From assembly GCA_035622375.1 (NCBI GenBank), contig DASPVM010000011.1, positions 48,759 through 112,758 of the forward strand: a stretch of DNA of 64,000 bases, read 5' to 3'. Positions 46,006 to 56,184 of the stretch are shown here, one piece after another. This stretch comes from Methylocella sp. GTDB lineage: Bacteria; Pseudomonadota; Alphaproteobacteria; Rhizobiales; Beijerinckiaceae. The notes below the pieces were generated by a model. It made no database searches, was not told the DNA's origin, and worked only from the letters and a program-made list of their open reading frames with translations. Each line of letters starts with the position of its first letter. Position 1 is the stretch's first letter. Made by a program: the position numbers and the translations under genes.

Positions 46006-47310
46006 CTACCCAGCGCTGAGCGTCATCGTCGCCACCGTGACATGGGGCCAGAGGATGTTGTTGAATATCAGGATCACGAGCTGGGAGTACTGAAGTTGCA
46101 AGAATGTTCGCTCGGGCCAGAAGGGCTCCACTGCCCTAACCAGTGGATCTAGCCTTTCGCGCTCGGGCCGTGGGATGGGGAACGGAGGTCGATACTCGCC
46201 GGGGATGCGCACCCACTCGATCCAGAATGTTGCGCTTGCTGAATAGACGAAGGCATTTGGGACGGGGATCGCTGCGGTAGCTACCGTAGCGGGTGGGGTA
46301 GGGAGGGGCGGAGGCGGAGTTCGCGTAGCGACACCGAGGAAGGGGATATTGCTGACGGTTTCGTACAGGCTACCAACGCCGAGCGTCGGGAAGCCCGTCA
46401 ACGATAGGCTGTCTGTCGTGAGATTAATCGCGATGAAGCCAAGGATATCCTGGTCGGCGATCGCATCGCGCAAGACAGAGTTGGGATCGTCGATGAAGCC
46501 CTGGAAACTCTCCGGGAACGGACCGGTGCTTTGAGAGCCCGGCGCCAAAGTATCCAAGGCGATGTTGATCTCCGGGATAACGTGCTGTGCGCCAGCGCTG
46601 GTTATTGGCTGGATTCCGACGGCCGGTGGATTAGGCCCCGGAGGAACCGGAGGAGGTTGAGGAGGAACAGTATAAGGACCAGGGAACGGGATGGGATTGA
46701 GGCTTGGGTACCCCGTGAAGGGAGTGAGGGGCGGGATAATCGGTTTGCCCGAAGTGGGCGTAGTGCCCGGGTTGGGCCCCTGCATGAGCACCGTGACCCC
46801 GTGTGGGATGCTCCCCATCCGCACGATGGTCGGCTCGTTTACAAGGGTGTTCCCTGTCCCGTTTGTAGGCTGCTGGCTCGGCGGTACGTTCATGAACAGC
46901 CCTGGCTCGATATGCAGTGCCTGGCCAGCTGTTTGCGAGTATCCGGGAGGGTTTACCGTCGGGCCCGGCGCCGGATCGGCATCGCTCACCCGCTGGAGGT
47001 AATGCAGGCCATAGAGATCAAGATCGGGCTGGTTGTTGAAGCCGCGGTTCGGGACCACTCCGGGGATGACCTGAAAGTCGAAGCCGTCAGTCGTCAGGTT
47101 GAGCTCCAGGAACCGATGAATCGTGCTGTTCTCTGGGGGCTGGCTGTTGTCGGGCCTCCAGATCGCGTTAAAGCCGGGACCTCTCCAGCTACCCGGCAAG
47201 AACGCGAGCGGACCCAACTCCAATGCCGTTGTCAGGGGCCCTTCCTGGAAGCGGGGCGGTCCGTGGCCACGTGAATGATGATGGCGATGCTCATGATCTT
47301 CTCGCGACAT
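46006..47310 (-). CDS. Orphan 434-aa His/Pro-rich protein of unknown function (possible nitrobindin/lipocalin-like beta-barrel ends)
   Basis: Long clean ORF with no signal peptide. N-terminus MSREDHEHRHHHSRGHG. LGPLAFLPGSWRGPGFNAIWRP resembles the first strand motif of haem-binding beta-barrel (nitrobindin-like) domains. The central part is proline-rich (PPQPPPVPPGPNPP, TPPPPLPTPP). The C-terminus is LQYSQLVILIFNNILWPHVTVATMTL. Confidence 0.65.
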   Translation of the reverse strand: MSREDHEHRHHHSRGHGPPRFQEGPLTTALELGPLAFLPGSWRGPGFNAIWRPDNSQPPENSTIHRFLELNLTTDGFDFQVIPGVVPNRGFNNQPDLDLYGLHYLQRVSDADPAPGPTVNPPGYSQTAGQALHIEPGLFMNVPPSQQPTNGTGNTLVNEPTIVRMGSIPHGVTVLMQGPNPGTTPTSGKPIIPPLTPFTGYPSLNPIPFPGPYTVPPQPPPVPPGPNPPAVGIQPITSAGAQHVIPEINIALDTLAPGSQSTGPFPESFQGFIDDPNSVLRDAIADQDILGFIAINLTTDSLSLTGFPTLGVGSLYETVSNIPFLGVATRTPPPPLPTPPATVATAAIPVPNAFVYSASATFWIEWVRIPGEYRPPFPIPRPERERLDPLVRAVEPFWPERTFLQLQYSQLVILIFNNILWPHVTVATMTLSAG

Positions 47311-47634
47311 AATCTGTTCCTTTCAAAAAGAATGCTGCCGAGTAAGTTTTGGGAGACCTGATTAGCCTAAGCCCCAACTCAATGCGGCAATGAGACAGCA
47401 AAGTGTGAAGGAGGTTTGTGGTTGCCGCATCCAACGAATGGAGGAACCGAGAATTTTATTCTTCGATAGGATCACATACATTCGCGGATAGTGGTACTCG
47501 CGTTGAGGTACTCGTTAGCTACTGAGCTGCAATTAATGCCAAGCTTGCAGCGTGCGTAACAAGCGCAAAGAGAGCCAAGAGCGTGTTCCCTAAGCCGTCG
47601 TTGCATATTTCTGATCTGGCAGGTGAAAGCCCTT

Positions 47635-48114
47635 CTACTTCTTCCCAATCGGCGCCTGGAAAGTGAGGCCAAGATCCCAGGGGAAGTAAATCCAAGTGTC
47701 CTGCGAGACCTCGGTGACGAAAGTATCGACGAGGCAGCGTCCCAGCGGCTTGACGTAGATTGTCGCCACATGAGCCTTAGGCAAGACGGCACGGATAAGG
47801 CTCATGGTCGCTCCCGTGTCGGCAAGATCGTCGATGATCAGCAACCCCTCGCCGCCGCCCCGCGCCGTCTCTTCCGGGATGCCTTTTAGAACCTTGGCTT
47901 CGCCGCGTTGTGTTTCGTGGCGGTAGCTTTCCACACAGAAGGTATCGATGACGCGCATGTCGAGCTCGCGCGCGACGATCGCGGCCGGGACAAGTCCGCC
48001 TCGTGTCACCGCGACCATGCCCAAAAAGCGTTTTTCGCCGGAGAGGCGCCAGGCCAGCGCCCGCGCATCGCGATGAAACTGATCCCAGGACACATGAAAA
48101 GCTTTTTCGATCAT
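47635..48114 (-). CDS. gpt: Xanthine-guanine phosphoribosyltransferase
   Basis: 159 aa. [33 protein letters not shown] motif, and WIYFPWD. Confidence 0.92.
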   Translation of the reverse strand: MIEKAFHVSWDQFHRDARALAWRLSGEKRFLGMVAVTRGGLVPAAIVARELDMRVIDTFCVESYRHETQRGEAKVLKGIPEETARGGGEGLLIIDDLADTGATMSLIRAVLPKAHVATIYVKPLGRCLVDTFVTEVSQDTWIYFPWDLGLTFQAPIGKK

Positions 48115-48163
48115 AGGCGATTTCCGAAACCGCTCTGGGGAAGCGCGCCCAAGTACCGGGCGT

Positions 48164-48913
48164 TCAAGAACGAAGGTCCCTTTTCACCCGCTCGATCAAT
48201 GCGCCGATGGCGGCTGCCGTGGCGTCTACCTCTGCCCGATTCTTGCCGCGGACCACAACCTCATTTTCAAAACCACCGTCTCTGTAGGCGGGATAAGAGC
48301 CGATCGAAAGCTCTGGCCTCGAGGCCGCGATGCCGCCAAGCTCGGTGGCGTAGGCGCCCTCCGGCAGGCCATGCGCGGCGATTGTAACGACCTGCATGAG
48401 GTCACTGCCGCGAAGACGCGGCGCCACATCGTCGAGCATCGATTGCATAATGGCCGGTACGCCGGCAAGCACAATCACATTTTCGATCCAAAACCCGGGC
48501 GCCGCCGAGATCTTGTTGCGCACGAGCCTTGCCCCGTGCGGAATGCGGGCCATGCGGCGGCGCGCGGCGTTCAAATCCTCCGCTTTGATTTTCTCGAGCA
48601 TCAGCCCGATGGCGCGCTCGTCTTCGGAAATCTCGACGCCCAGGGCCGAAGCGATCGCATCCGCCGTGATGTCGTCATGAGTCGGGCCGATGCCGCCGGT
48701 AGTAAAGAGATAGGTGAAGCGCTGGCGCAAGCCGTTGACCGCCGCCACGATATCCTCGGTGACATCCCGCACGATGCGGGCTTCGCGGAGCTCGATGCCA
48801 ATCTGGCCAAGATAGCCGCCGATGTAGCGGATGTTTTGATCCTGCGTCCGGCCTGACAAAATCTCGTCGCCAATGATCAGAAGCGCCGCTGTCACACTTT
48901 TCATTGGCGCCAT
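48164..48913 (-). CDS. Molybdopterin-binding (MoCF_BD) CinA-like competence/damage-inducible protein
   Basis: [18 protein letters not shown] and [15 protein letters not shown] motifs. The Met at 48913 is preferred over the ORF start at 48964. Confidence 0.8.
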   Translation of the reverse strand: MAPMKSVTAALLIIGDEILSGRTQDQNIRYIGGYLGQIGIELREARIVRDVTEDIVAAVNGLRQRFTYLFTTGGIGPTHDDITADAIASALGVEISEDERAIGLMLEKIKAEDLNAARRRMARIPHGARLVRNKISAAPGFWIENVIVLAGVPAIMQSMLDDVAPRLRGSDLMQVVTIAAHGLPEGAYATELGGIAASRPELSIGSYPAYRDGGFENEVVVRGKNRAEVDATAAAIGALIERVKRDLRS

Positions 48914-49099
48914 GATGACCTCCAAAAATTGGGCGCCCGCGCGGCTCTCATGCTCGACCCGCATCTTTCACACAAGGCATTGGATAAGAAAGCCTTTTTG
49001 CTCCTTGCGACGCCATGCGGCGCCACTCTTGCAAAAACAAGGTCAGCCCCAAGCAAGCTCGTGCCGTTTTACTGCGCCTGCCACAGCGGAGAATCATGC

Positions 49100-50335
49100 A
49101 TGGGCCTCTTTAGCGCAATGACGGCTAGTGTTTCGGGAATGGCCGCGCAAGCCAATAGTCTCGCGTCCATATCGGAAAATATCTCGAATTCAAACACGAC
49201 GGGCTACAAAGAGGCCAACACGAATTTCCAGGACCTCGTCGATTCGTTTGGTTCAACGGGCGATTACACCGCGGGCGGCGTCACGACGACGATTCGCTAT
49301 AATATCGCCGAGCAGGGCAGCCTAACCAGCACCACGTCGCCGACCGATCTTGCCGTTCAAGGGAATGGGTTTTTCCTGGTGCAAAATTCCGCCGGAGCCG
49401 ATTTTCTCACGCGTGATGGTTCATTTGTTGAGAGTGGTAATGGCAATCTCGTCAATGCCGCCGGTTACACCTTGATGGGCTATAGTCTTGCCCCGGGAGC
49501 CGGTACCCCTTCCCAGAGCCTCTCCGGACTCGTTCCCGTAAATATTAACGCCACCGCGCTTTCCGCGACTCCGTCAACCTCAGGCACGTTTACGGCGAAC
49601 CTCAATTCGAATGCTCCCGTGTTAGCCGGCGCTCCTTCGGCGACAAATTCTACGAGCACATCATCGCTTACCGCCTATGATGATTTAGGCAATTCAGTCA
49701 CGCTGAATCTCAACTTCTCGAATATAAGCACTGCAGCCAGCCCTAACACATGGGAAGTGCAAGTCTATAGTCCGGCCTCGCCTACGCCTACTACGCCGCT
49801 GACGACGCAGACATTGAATTTTGATCCAACCACCGGCGGCCTCACCGCTGCCTCACCGACCGCCTTATCCGTAGCAATCCCTGGCGGCAACACTGTTTCC
49901 ATTAATATCGCCGGTATGACCCAGCTGGCTTCGGGTTTCCAGGTTTCAACGGCCAATATGAACGGTAATGCGCCCAGCCAGGTGCAGAGCGTCAGCATTG
50001 CCACCAATGGCACCCTGTCTTACGTCTACTCCAATGGGCAAACAGTTCCAGCCTATCAGATCCCGCTCGGCAATGTTTCGAGCCCAGACAATCTCACAAA
50101 CCTCTCGGGTGAGGTCTTTCAACCGAACTCGAACTCTGGCAGCCTGGTGATTGGCACCGCCGGGACCGGCTCGCTGGGCACGATCCAGTCCTCCGAGCTC
50201 GAAAGTTCGACCGTCGATCTTGCCACCCAACTCACGAACATGGTCGCGACACAAAGCGCCTATAGCGCCAACAGTAAAGTCTTCCAAACCGCCGCCGACC
50301 TCCTATCCACGTTGAATAATCTCATCGGTCATTAA
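49100..50335 (+). CDS. flgE: Flagellar hook protein FlgE
   Basis: MGLFSAMTASVSGMAAQANSLASISENISNSNTTGYK N-terminus and a C-terminal SELESSTVDLATQLTNMVATQSAYSANSKVFQTAADL rod/hook motif. Confidence 0.85.
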   Translation: MGLFSAMTASVSGMAAQANSLASISENISNSNTTGYKEANTNFQDLVDSFGSTGDYTAGGVTTTIRYNIAEQGSLTSTTSPTDLAVQGNGFFLVQNSAGADFLTRDGSFVESGNGNLVNAAGYTLMGYSLAPGAGTPSQSLSGLVPVNINATALSATPSTSGTFTANLNSNAPVLAGAPSATNSTSTSSLTAYDDLGNSVTLNLNFSNISTAASPNTWEVQVYSPASPTPTTPLTTQTLNFDPTTGGLTAASPTALSVAIPGGNTVSINIAGMTQLASGFQVSTANMNGNAPSQVQSVSIATNGTLSYVYSNGQTVPAYQIPLGNVSSPDNLTNLSGEVFQPNSNSGSLVIGTAGTGSLGTIQSSELESSTVDLATQLTNMVATQSAYSANSKVFQTAADLLSTLNNLIGH

Positions 50336-50360
50336 TTGAATTAATTCAGAGATTCTTGCG

Positions 50361-51866
50361 ATGAGCCTCTCGACTGCCTCTAACATTGCGCAATCTGGGC
50401 TAAATACCGTCAGCTCGGAAATATCGGTCCTCTCCCGCAACATTGCCGGCGCCAACAACACGGGGATCTCTTCAGAAAAAACCGCGAATATCATTACGGC
50501 ACTCGGCGGCGGCTCCCAGGTTGCGTCCATCACACGCGCCACAAATCTCGCGGTGTTCCAGAACTTGCTGCAGGCGACGTCCGCCAACGCCGCGCAAACC
50601 TCATTGCTCTCCGGCATCTCGACGCTCAACCAGACAATCGGTAATATATCGAGCAGTAGCTCAAGTTCAGGATCGGCCGATAATTCACCTGCCGCGCTCC
50701 TCAGCAATTTCACCAATGCCCTGCAATCGTTTGAAGCCTCGCCAAGCGATTCAAGCCTAGCGACCGCCGCCGTGTCGCAGGCTTCGGCGCTGGCACAAGG
50801 CCTCAATAGCGCCACCGCCACCATCAATACCGCGCGCGAGCAAGCAGACGCCGGCATCGCAACCTCCGTCCAGACGATCAACTCTCTTCTTTCTCAATTT
50901 CAAAGCGTCAACACTCAAATCGTCAACGGGATGGCGACCGGCGCCGATGTCACCGACGCCCAGGATGCACGGGATACAATTCTCACTCAGCTTGCGCAGC
51001 AGATCGGCATTTCGACGACGACAAGCCCGAATGGCGGCATGTCCATCTATACCGACAGCGGTGTAACCCTGTTTCAAGGCGGCACGGCGCGAACCGTCAC
51101 CTTCTCTCCGACCGCCACCTATACGCCCTCTACGACAGGCAACGCCGTTTACGTTGATGGCGTTCCAATCACCGGCAGCTCGGCGTCTACGCCGATTTCA
51201 ACTGGGAATATTGCGGGTCTGGCGAACCTTCGCGATAATCTCGCTACCACTTATCAGGCGCAGCTCGATAATATGGCGGGAGCGCTGATTGCGACATTCG
51301 CCGAGAGCCCGCAATCTGGTTCCGGCCCGAACCTGCCGGGGCTGTTTACCACCCCCGGGGCGACGGCGCTTCCGACAAGTACCACGGGGCTCGCCGGTCA
51401 GATCACTATAAATCCCAGTGTCGACCCAAGCCAAGGTGGCAATCCGTTCCTTCTCCGGGACGGCGGCATTTCAGGGAACGCCAATTACGTCTACAACACG
51501 ACCGGCCAAGCAAGCTATTCGGCTCGGCTGTCACAACTGCTCACACAATTGTCCGCGCCACAGACATTTGCGGCTGACGGGGATATTGCGACAAACACTT
51601 CGCTCAGCGCCTACGCTTCGGGCTCGGTGGGTTGGCTTGAGAACCAATATTCAACGGCTTCCTCTCAACAAACATACCAAAGCACATTGGTCAGCACGGC
51701 AACGACCGCTTTGTCCAATTCGACCGGTGTTAATATTGATACCGAAATGTCGAAAATGCTCGATCTTGAGAATTCCTACTCAGCGACAGCGAAATTAATT
51801 TCGGCAATCGACTCCATGTTCAATACGCTTGTTACCAATTTATCTAATATTACCGTGCCGGCATGA
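50361..51866 (+). CDS. flgK: Flagellar hook-associated protein 1, FlgK
   Basis: 501 aa. N-terminal SLSTASNIAQSGLNTVSSEISVLSRNIAGANNTG and C-terminal VNIDTEMSKMLDLENSYSATAKLISAIDSMF. Confidence 0.85.
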   Translation: MSLSTASNIAQSGLNTVSSEISVLSRNIAGANNTGISSEKTANIITALGGGSQVASITRATNLAVFQNLLQATSANAAQTSLLSGISTLNQTIGNISSSSSSSGSADNSPAALLSNFTNALQSFEASPSDSSLATAAVSQASALAQGLNSATATINTAREQADAGIATSVQTINSLLSQFQSVNTQIVNGMATGADVTDAQDARDTILTQLAQQIGISTTTSPNGGMSIYTDSGVTLFQGGTARTVTFSPTATYTPSTTGNAVYVDGVPITGSSASTPISTGNIAGLANLRDNLATTYQAQLDNMAGALIATFAESPQSGSGPNLPGLFTTPGATALPTSTTGLAGQITINPSVDPSQGGNPFLLRDGGISGNANYVYNTTGQASYSARLSQLLTQLSAPQTFAADGDIATNTSLSAYASGSVGWLENQYSTASSQQTYQSTLVSTATTALSNSTGVNIDTEMSKMLDLENSYSATAKLISAIDSMFNTLVTNLSNITVPA

Positions 51867-52906
51867 TTTACCCGATTTCAACGCAATCCTTTACCTCAGC
51901 CACGCAGCAATCCGTTTCACAGATCCAGGCAGAACTTGCCGATTATGAAACGGAAATGTCGACAGGCACTTATGCCAACCTCGGCCTTACTCTCGGCCCC
52001 TCGTCGGGCGAGGATCTTTCGCTGCAATCACAAGCATCTGTTCTGCAAACTTTAACAACCACCAATCAAACTGCCTCAACCCGACTTAGTACGACACAAA
52101 GTATCTTGCAAACACTTCAATCCTCGGCGCAAGATCTCCTCAACGATCTTCTTGAAGGCAATTCCAACAATTCAAATGCCGCGACAATTCAATTACAGGG
52201 GCAGAACGATCTTCAAGGCCTGATCACGAGTTTAAATTCTTCCCTTGGTGGCGACTATATCTTTGCTGGCATAAACACAGCTGTCGCACCCATCACGGAC
52301 TATTATAGCGCTGGAGCGGCAAACAAGGCGGCGGTCGATAACGCTTTCACCGCGGCCTTTGGCATGTCGCAGACGGATCCCAATGTTTCGTCGATCAGCG
52401 GCGCTAGCATGCAGAACTTCCTCGATACTCAGTTTCCCTCACTGTTCCAGGGCTCCAACTGGTCAACCAATTGGTCTTCCGCTACAAATCAAACCTTGAC
52501 CAATCAAATCTCGCAAGCCGAAACGATAACTACTTCCGTTACGGCAAATAACCCCGTTTTTCAACAGCTTGCCCAAGCCTATACGATGGCTGCCGACCTC
52601 GGCACGCAAAACCTCGGCGCCTCGGCTTATCAGGCACTTTCAAGTACGGCGCAAAAACTTCTTTCGTCCGCGATTTCTAATCTCATCAATCTGCAAGCAA
52701 GCGTCGGCATGGCGCAGACTGACATCACTGGCGCCAACAATCAGATGTCTCTTCAGACCGATATTCTTTCGACACAAATCGGTAGCCTGGAGAATATAAA
52801 TACCTATGACGTCGCCACGCGAATTACCGACTTGCAAACGCAAATTGAAACATCTTATTCACTAACAGCGCAGCTCTCGCAGCTTAGCCTCGTGAAATTC
52901 CTTTGA
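51863..52906 (+). CDS. flgL: Flagellar hook-associated protein 3, FlgL
   Basis: 347 aa, flagellin-like termini, overlaps the flgK stop. Its position between flgK and flaF is as in Rhizobiales flagellar clusters. Confidence 0.8.
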   Translation: MIYPISTQSFTSATQQSVSQIQAELADYETEMSTGTYANLGLTLGPSSGEDLSLQSQASVLQTLTTTNQTASTRLSTTQSILQTLQSSAQDLLNDLLEGNSNNSNAATIQLQGQNDLQGLITSLNSSLGGDYIFAGINTAVAPITDYYSAGAANKAAVDNAFTAAFGMSQTDPNVSSISGASMQNFLDTQFPSLFQGSNWSTNWSSATNQTLTNQISQAETITTSVTANNPVFQQLAQAYTMAADLGTQNLGASAYQALSSTAQKLLSSAISNLINLQASVGMAQTDITGANNQMSLQTDILSTQIGSLENINTYDVATRITDLQTQIETSYSLTAQLSQLSLVKFL

Positions 52907-52933
52907 TTTGGCGGCATAACTCACAGTTTGGCG

Positions 52934-53281
52934 ATGTATCGATACTCTTATGCTGAGCAGCTTGATGATGATCCACGCGAATGCCGAGCCCGCGAAGCGC
53001 TCGCTTTGGAGTACGCCATTAATCTTCTGCGTCTTGGCGAAGACGCGGGTATCGGGACCAAAGAAGCATTTGAGGCCGCCGATTTTGTGACAAGGCTATG
53101 GAATGCATTCATCCAAGACCTGGTCGATCCCGAAAATGATCTGCCAGATACTCTTCGCGCCGATTTGGTTTCAATCGGTATTTGGATTATCAAGGAGGCG
53201 GCTTTAATTCGCTCGCGGCAGTCACAAAACTTCACTGGTGTTGCGGAAATATGCGCGATTATTCGCGACGGATTGAAATGA
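52934..53281 (+). CDS. flaF: Flagellin synthesis regulator FlaF
   Basis: MYRYSYAEQLDDDPRECRAREALALEYAINLL and LWNAFIQDLVDPENDLPDTLRADLVSIGIW match the FlaF family. It is followed by flbT. Confidence 0.85.
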   Translation: MYRYSYAEQLDDDPRECRAREALALEYAINLLRLGEDAGIGTKEAFEAADFVTRLWNAFIQDLVDPENDLPDTLRADLVSIGIWIIKEAALIRSRQSQNFTGVAEICAIIRDGLK

Positions 53282-53290
53282 GATGGGCAT

Positions 53291-53701
53291 ATGAATATCT
53301 GGCTTCGCGCGGGCGAAAAACTCTATATAAATGGCGCCGTCATCCGGGTGGATCGCAAGGTCTGCATTGAGCTTCTTAACGATGCCACATTTCTGCTCGA
53401 GGCTCACGTGATGAAAGTAGAAGATGCCTCGACACCGCTCCGGCAATTATATTTTATAATTCAAATAATGTTAATTAATCCAAACGATTCAGCGGCCGCG
53501 CGCGAAATGTTCAAGAAGTCGGTTCAGTCGACGATTGACGTTGCCGAGAACGCCGCATTAGTCACCGGGCTCCGTAGCGTCAAGTCGCTCGTTGATAATA
53601 ACCGGGTTTTTGATGCTTTAAAAGCCGTCCGAGCCCTCTTTCCAGTGGAGGCCGAGATTCTCTCGGGCGGTAAAAACTCTACTCCAACGCAGGCCGCCTA
53701 A
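53291..53701 (+). CDS. flbT: Flagellin translational repressor FlbT
   Basis: MNIWLRAGEKLYINGAVIRVDRKVCIELLNDATFLLE is the canonical FlbT N-terminus. Confidence 0.88.
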   Translation: MNIWLRAGEKLYINGAVIRVDRKVCIELLNDATFLLEAHVMKVEDASTPLRQLYFIIQIMLINPNDSAAAREMFKKSVQSTIDVAENAALVTGLRSVKSLVDNNRVFDALKAVRALFPVEAEILSGGKNSTPTQAA

Positions 53702-53719
53702 ACATCGGAAAGGGCGCAT

Positions 53720-54142
53720 ATGACTACAAGCGTTACACCAATTTCTTCCGCCTTAGCCGCGAGTTCAACATCAGGAAGCGCGACTTCGCCTCCACCCACC
53801 GTGGATTATACGCAATTTCTGCAGCTGCTCGTCGCCGAGCTGCAAAATCAGGACCCGACGAGCCCGACGGACCCGACCCAATATATGAGCCAGCTGGCCT
53901 CGTTCTCCTCGGTTGAACAACAGGTACAGACAAATTCCACTTTGGACGCGCTGCTGGTGGCCCAAACGTCAAGTATCATCGGAGATAACGTGACGTCCGC
54001 CGATGGAAAAACGACGGGAACCATAGCTTCGCTGCAATTGTCTGACGGAGGCGGAGCAACCGTGACACTCACGAACGGCCAAACGGTCACGCTTGGCCCC
54101 GGCGTGACAATCAGCGCGCCATCAGCCACCACGCAATCATGA
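53720..54142 (+). CDS. flgD: Flagellar hook capping/assembly protein FlgD
   Basis: DYTQFLQLLVAELQNQDPTSPTDPTQYMSQLASFSSVEQ is the FlgD signature. Confidence 0.88.
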   Translation: MTTSVTPISSALAASSTSGSATSPPPTVDYTQFLQLLVAELQNQDPTSPTDPTQYMSQLASFSSVEQQVQTNSTLDALLVAQTSSIIGDNVTSADGKTTGTIASLQLSDGGGATVTLTNGQTVTLGPGVTISAPSATTQS

Positions 54143-54405
54143 ACGAAGCCGACGCTCTTGAGCTGCTGCGCGCAGCCATTTGGACTGTTATCATCGGTTC
54201 TGGACCAGCCGTCATGGCTGCGATGGGTGTCGGTCTCGCGATCGCATTAATGCAAGCCCTAACTCAGGTCCAAGAGGCCACATTGACTTTCGTCCCCAAA
54301 ATCGTCGCCATTTTCATTGCTCTTGCCATCGGAGGGCCTTTCGTCGGCAGTCAGATCCAAGCATTCACACAACAAGTCTACTCGCACATTGAGAAAGGTT
54401 TTTAA
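54139..54405 (+). CDS. fliQ: Flagellar export apparatus protein FliQ
   Basis: 88 aa, two TM helices, LLRAAIWTVIIGSGPAVMAAMGVGLAIALMQALTQVQE. Confidence 0.9.
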   Translation: MNEADALELLRAAIWTVIIGSGPAVMAAMGVGLAIALMQALTQVQEATLTFVPKIVAIFIALAIGGPFVGSQIQAFTQQVYSHIEKGF

Positions 54406-54555
54406 GGAGCCGAGCGCGCGCTAGCCCGCTTACGCTTCGACAGGCCGCCCGCCTCGTCCCTTTTTAGGCGGCAAGCGCGAGCGGCGAAAAAGGCACGCCT
54501 CTTCCTGGGCTGTAAAGAGCGAGTGATACCATATCCGGCTAGGGCCTATTGGGAT

Positions 54556-54684
54556 TCATCGGGAGTTTAGCACGGCAGCGGCAAGGTAGATCATAGCTGA
54601 GAAGCTTCGGCCGGTTTTTTCGGCGCGCATGGCGATACGCTTGAACTCTTTGAGCTTGCAGAAGAAGTTTTCGATTAAATGACG
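54556..54684 (-). mobile_element. IS5-family transposase C-terminal remnant
   Basis: The minus strand reads RHLIENFFCKLKEFKRIAMRAEKTGRSFSAMIYLAAAVLNSR-stop, which is the conserved IS5/DDE_Tnp_1 C-terminus. Nothing of the catalytic core remains upstream, and the flanks are AT-rich. Confidence 0.7.
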
Positions 54685-54775
54685 TCATTTGTACATGCAT
54701 TAGCAAGAATAATCATTGACTACGCGATTGAGGATGATTTTTTATTTCCTTGATCAAGCGGGTGTCAGTTAAACC

Positions 54776-55195
54776 ATGCTCACCATTCCCGGAAAGGCCT
54801 GCGGCGAATGCAGTTTTTGCTGCAAAGTCCTAGAAATCACTGAACTTTCAAAATCAGCCGGTAAGCTTTGCGAGAATTGCCTTGGTTCTTGCGGCGGCTG
54901 CGGGATCTATGAAGCGAGGCCGCGAGTATGCCGCGATTATGAATGCCTGTGGAAGGGCGACCGGGCGATGAACCCGCGGCTGCGTCCCGACCGTGTCGGG
55001 GCACTCCTTATGGAAGACCCGGATTCAGACGAGTACCGGGCGGTTTGCGATCCGGCAAAGCCTTTGGCCTGGCTGACCCCGCTTGTCTTCAAACATCTTG
55101 TCGAGGTCGCCAAAAAGGGCCGGACCGTCGTTGCCAAGGCGGGGCTTAGGTCCTGGCGCATCCATGCCAATGGGCGGTGGGGACCTTGCGTTTGA
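54776..55195 (+). CDS. YkgJ-family (CxxCxxCC) zinc/iron cysteine-cluster protein
   Basis: CGECSFCCKVLEI, CENCLGSCGGCGIYEARPRVCRDYEC. Confidence 0.75.
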   Translation: MLTIPGKACGECSFCCKVLEITELSKSAGKLCENCLGSCGGCGIYEARPRVCRDYECLWKGDRAMNPRLRPDRVGALLMEDPDSDEYRAVCDPAKPLAWLTPLVFKHLVEVAKKGRTVVAKAGLRSWRIHANGRWGPCV

Positions 55196-55431
55196 GCCGA
55201 TCTTTCGCGCGCCCGCTTGTAACTCGGCTTGCCTCCGGAAATATCTCCTGTATAAAGCGCGCTTTGCGGCTCCGGCTGGGGGCTGAATGAGAACCCGCGT
55301 CGCGCAGCGAAGCGGCGCAGCTTCTTGCGAGCGCAGCCGTTTCTCAGTGTCTCCGCCTCGCTGCTTTCCGAGCCTTCCGGCTCGAAGGGCTCGGCGCAGG
55401 AACCGCTTGGAACAGTAAGGATAGGCACTCA

Positions 55432-55878
55432 ATGGCGCTCTACGAGCACATTTATTTAGCGCGTCAAGACATCTCCGCGCAGCAGGTCGAGGCTTTAACC
55501 GGGCACTTCAAGACCACGGTTGAATCGCTCGGGGGTAAGGTCGAAAAAGTCGAATACTGGGGGGTAAAATCGCTCGCTTACCGGATCAAAAAAAACCGGA
55601 AAGCACATTTCACCTTGCTCAACATTGATGCGCCGCCGGCCGCGCTTGGCGAAGTGGAACGGCAGATGAGCATCAACGAGGATATCATCCGCTTTCTCAC
55701 CATTCGGGTGAATGCGCTTGAGCAAGGGCCATCGGCAATGATGCGCAAACGTGATGACGATGATCGGGGCGAGCGAGCCGACCGCGGCGAGCGGGGCCGA
55801 AGTGGGCCGCGCGGCGAGCGCGGGCCGCGCCGTTCGAAGGATGATGCGATGATAGTCGAGGAGGCAGGATTCCAATGA
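55432..55878 (+). CDS. rpsF: 30S ribosomal protein S6
   Basis: [20 protein letters not shown] and [19 protein letters not shown], with an acidic/basic C-terminal tail. Confidence 0.95.
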   Translation: MALYEHIYLARQDISAQQVEALTGHFKTTVESLGGKVEKVEYWGVKSLAYRIKKNRKAHFTLLNIDAPPAALGEVERQMSINEDIIRFLTIRVNALEQGPSAMMRKRDDDDRGERADRGERGRSGPRGERGPRRSKDDAMIVEEAGFQ

Positions 55879-56117
55879 CCGTAGCTGCTGGGCCCCGCCG
55901 GCCTTTTTTCCGCCGCCGTAAAACCTGCCCATTCTCGGGTCCGAACGCCCCGAAAATAGATTATAAGGACACGCGTCTTCTCTCGCGCTACATCTCGGAG
56001 CGGGGGAAGATTGTCCCCTCGCGCATTACCGCTGTTTCTGCCGGCAAACAGCGCGAGCTCGCAACGGCCATTAAACGGGCTCGGTTCTTGGGATTGCTTC
56101 CTTACGTTATTCAGTGA
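55875..56117 (+). CDS. rpsR: 30S ribosomal protein S18
   Basis: [37 protein letters not shown], and an ATGA overlap with rpsF. Confidence 0.95.
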   Translation: MTVAAGPRRPFFRRRKTCPFSGPNAPKIDYKDTRLLSRYISERGKIVPSRITAVSAGKQRELATAIKRARFLGLLPYVIQ

Positions 56118-56184
56118 GCCTGAGCCGGTTGGCTTTCGGTGCTGTGGGGTTCCTTGAGAGATTGAAGCTTCGTAGAGAAAATCT

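Noticed and set aside
47411-47528. An SD-like GAAGGAGG followed by a GTG-initiated 35-codon ORF (VVAASNEWRNREFYSS...) in the AT-rich flank upstream of the orphan gene.
   Set aside because: The spacing from the SD to the GTG is only 3 nt, there is no recognisable motif, and the ORF lies on the strand opposite both neighbours. The evidence is insufficient.
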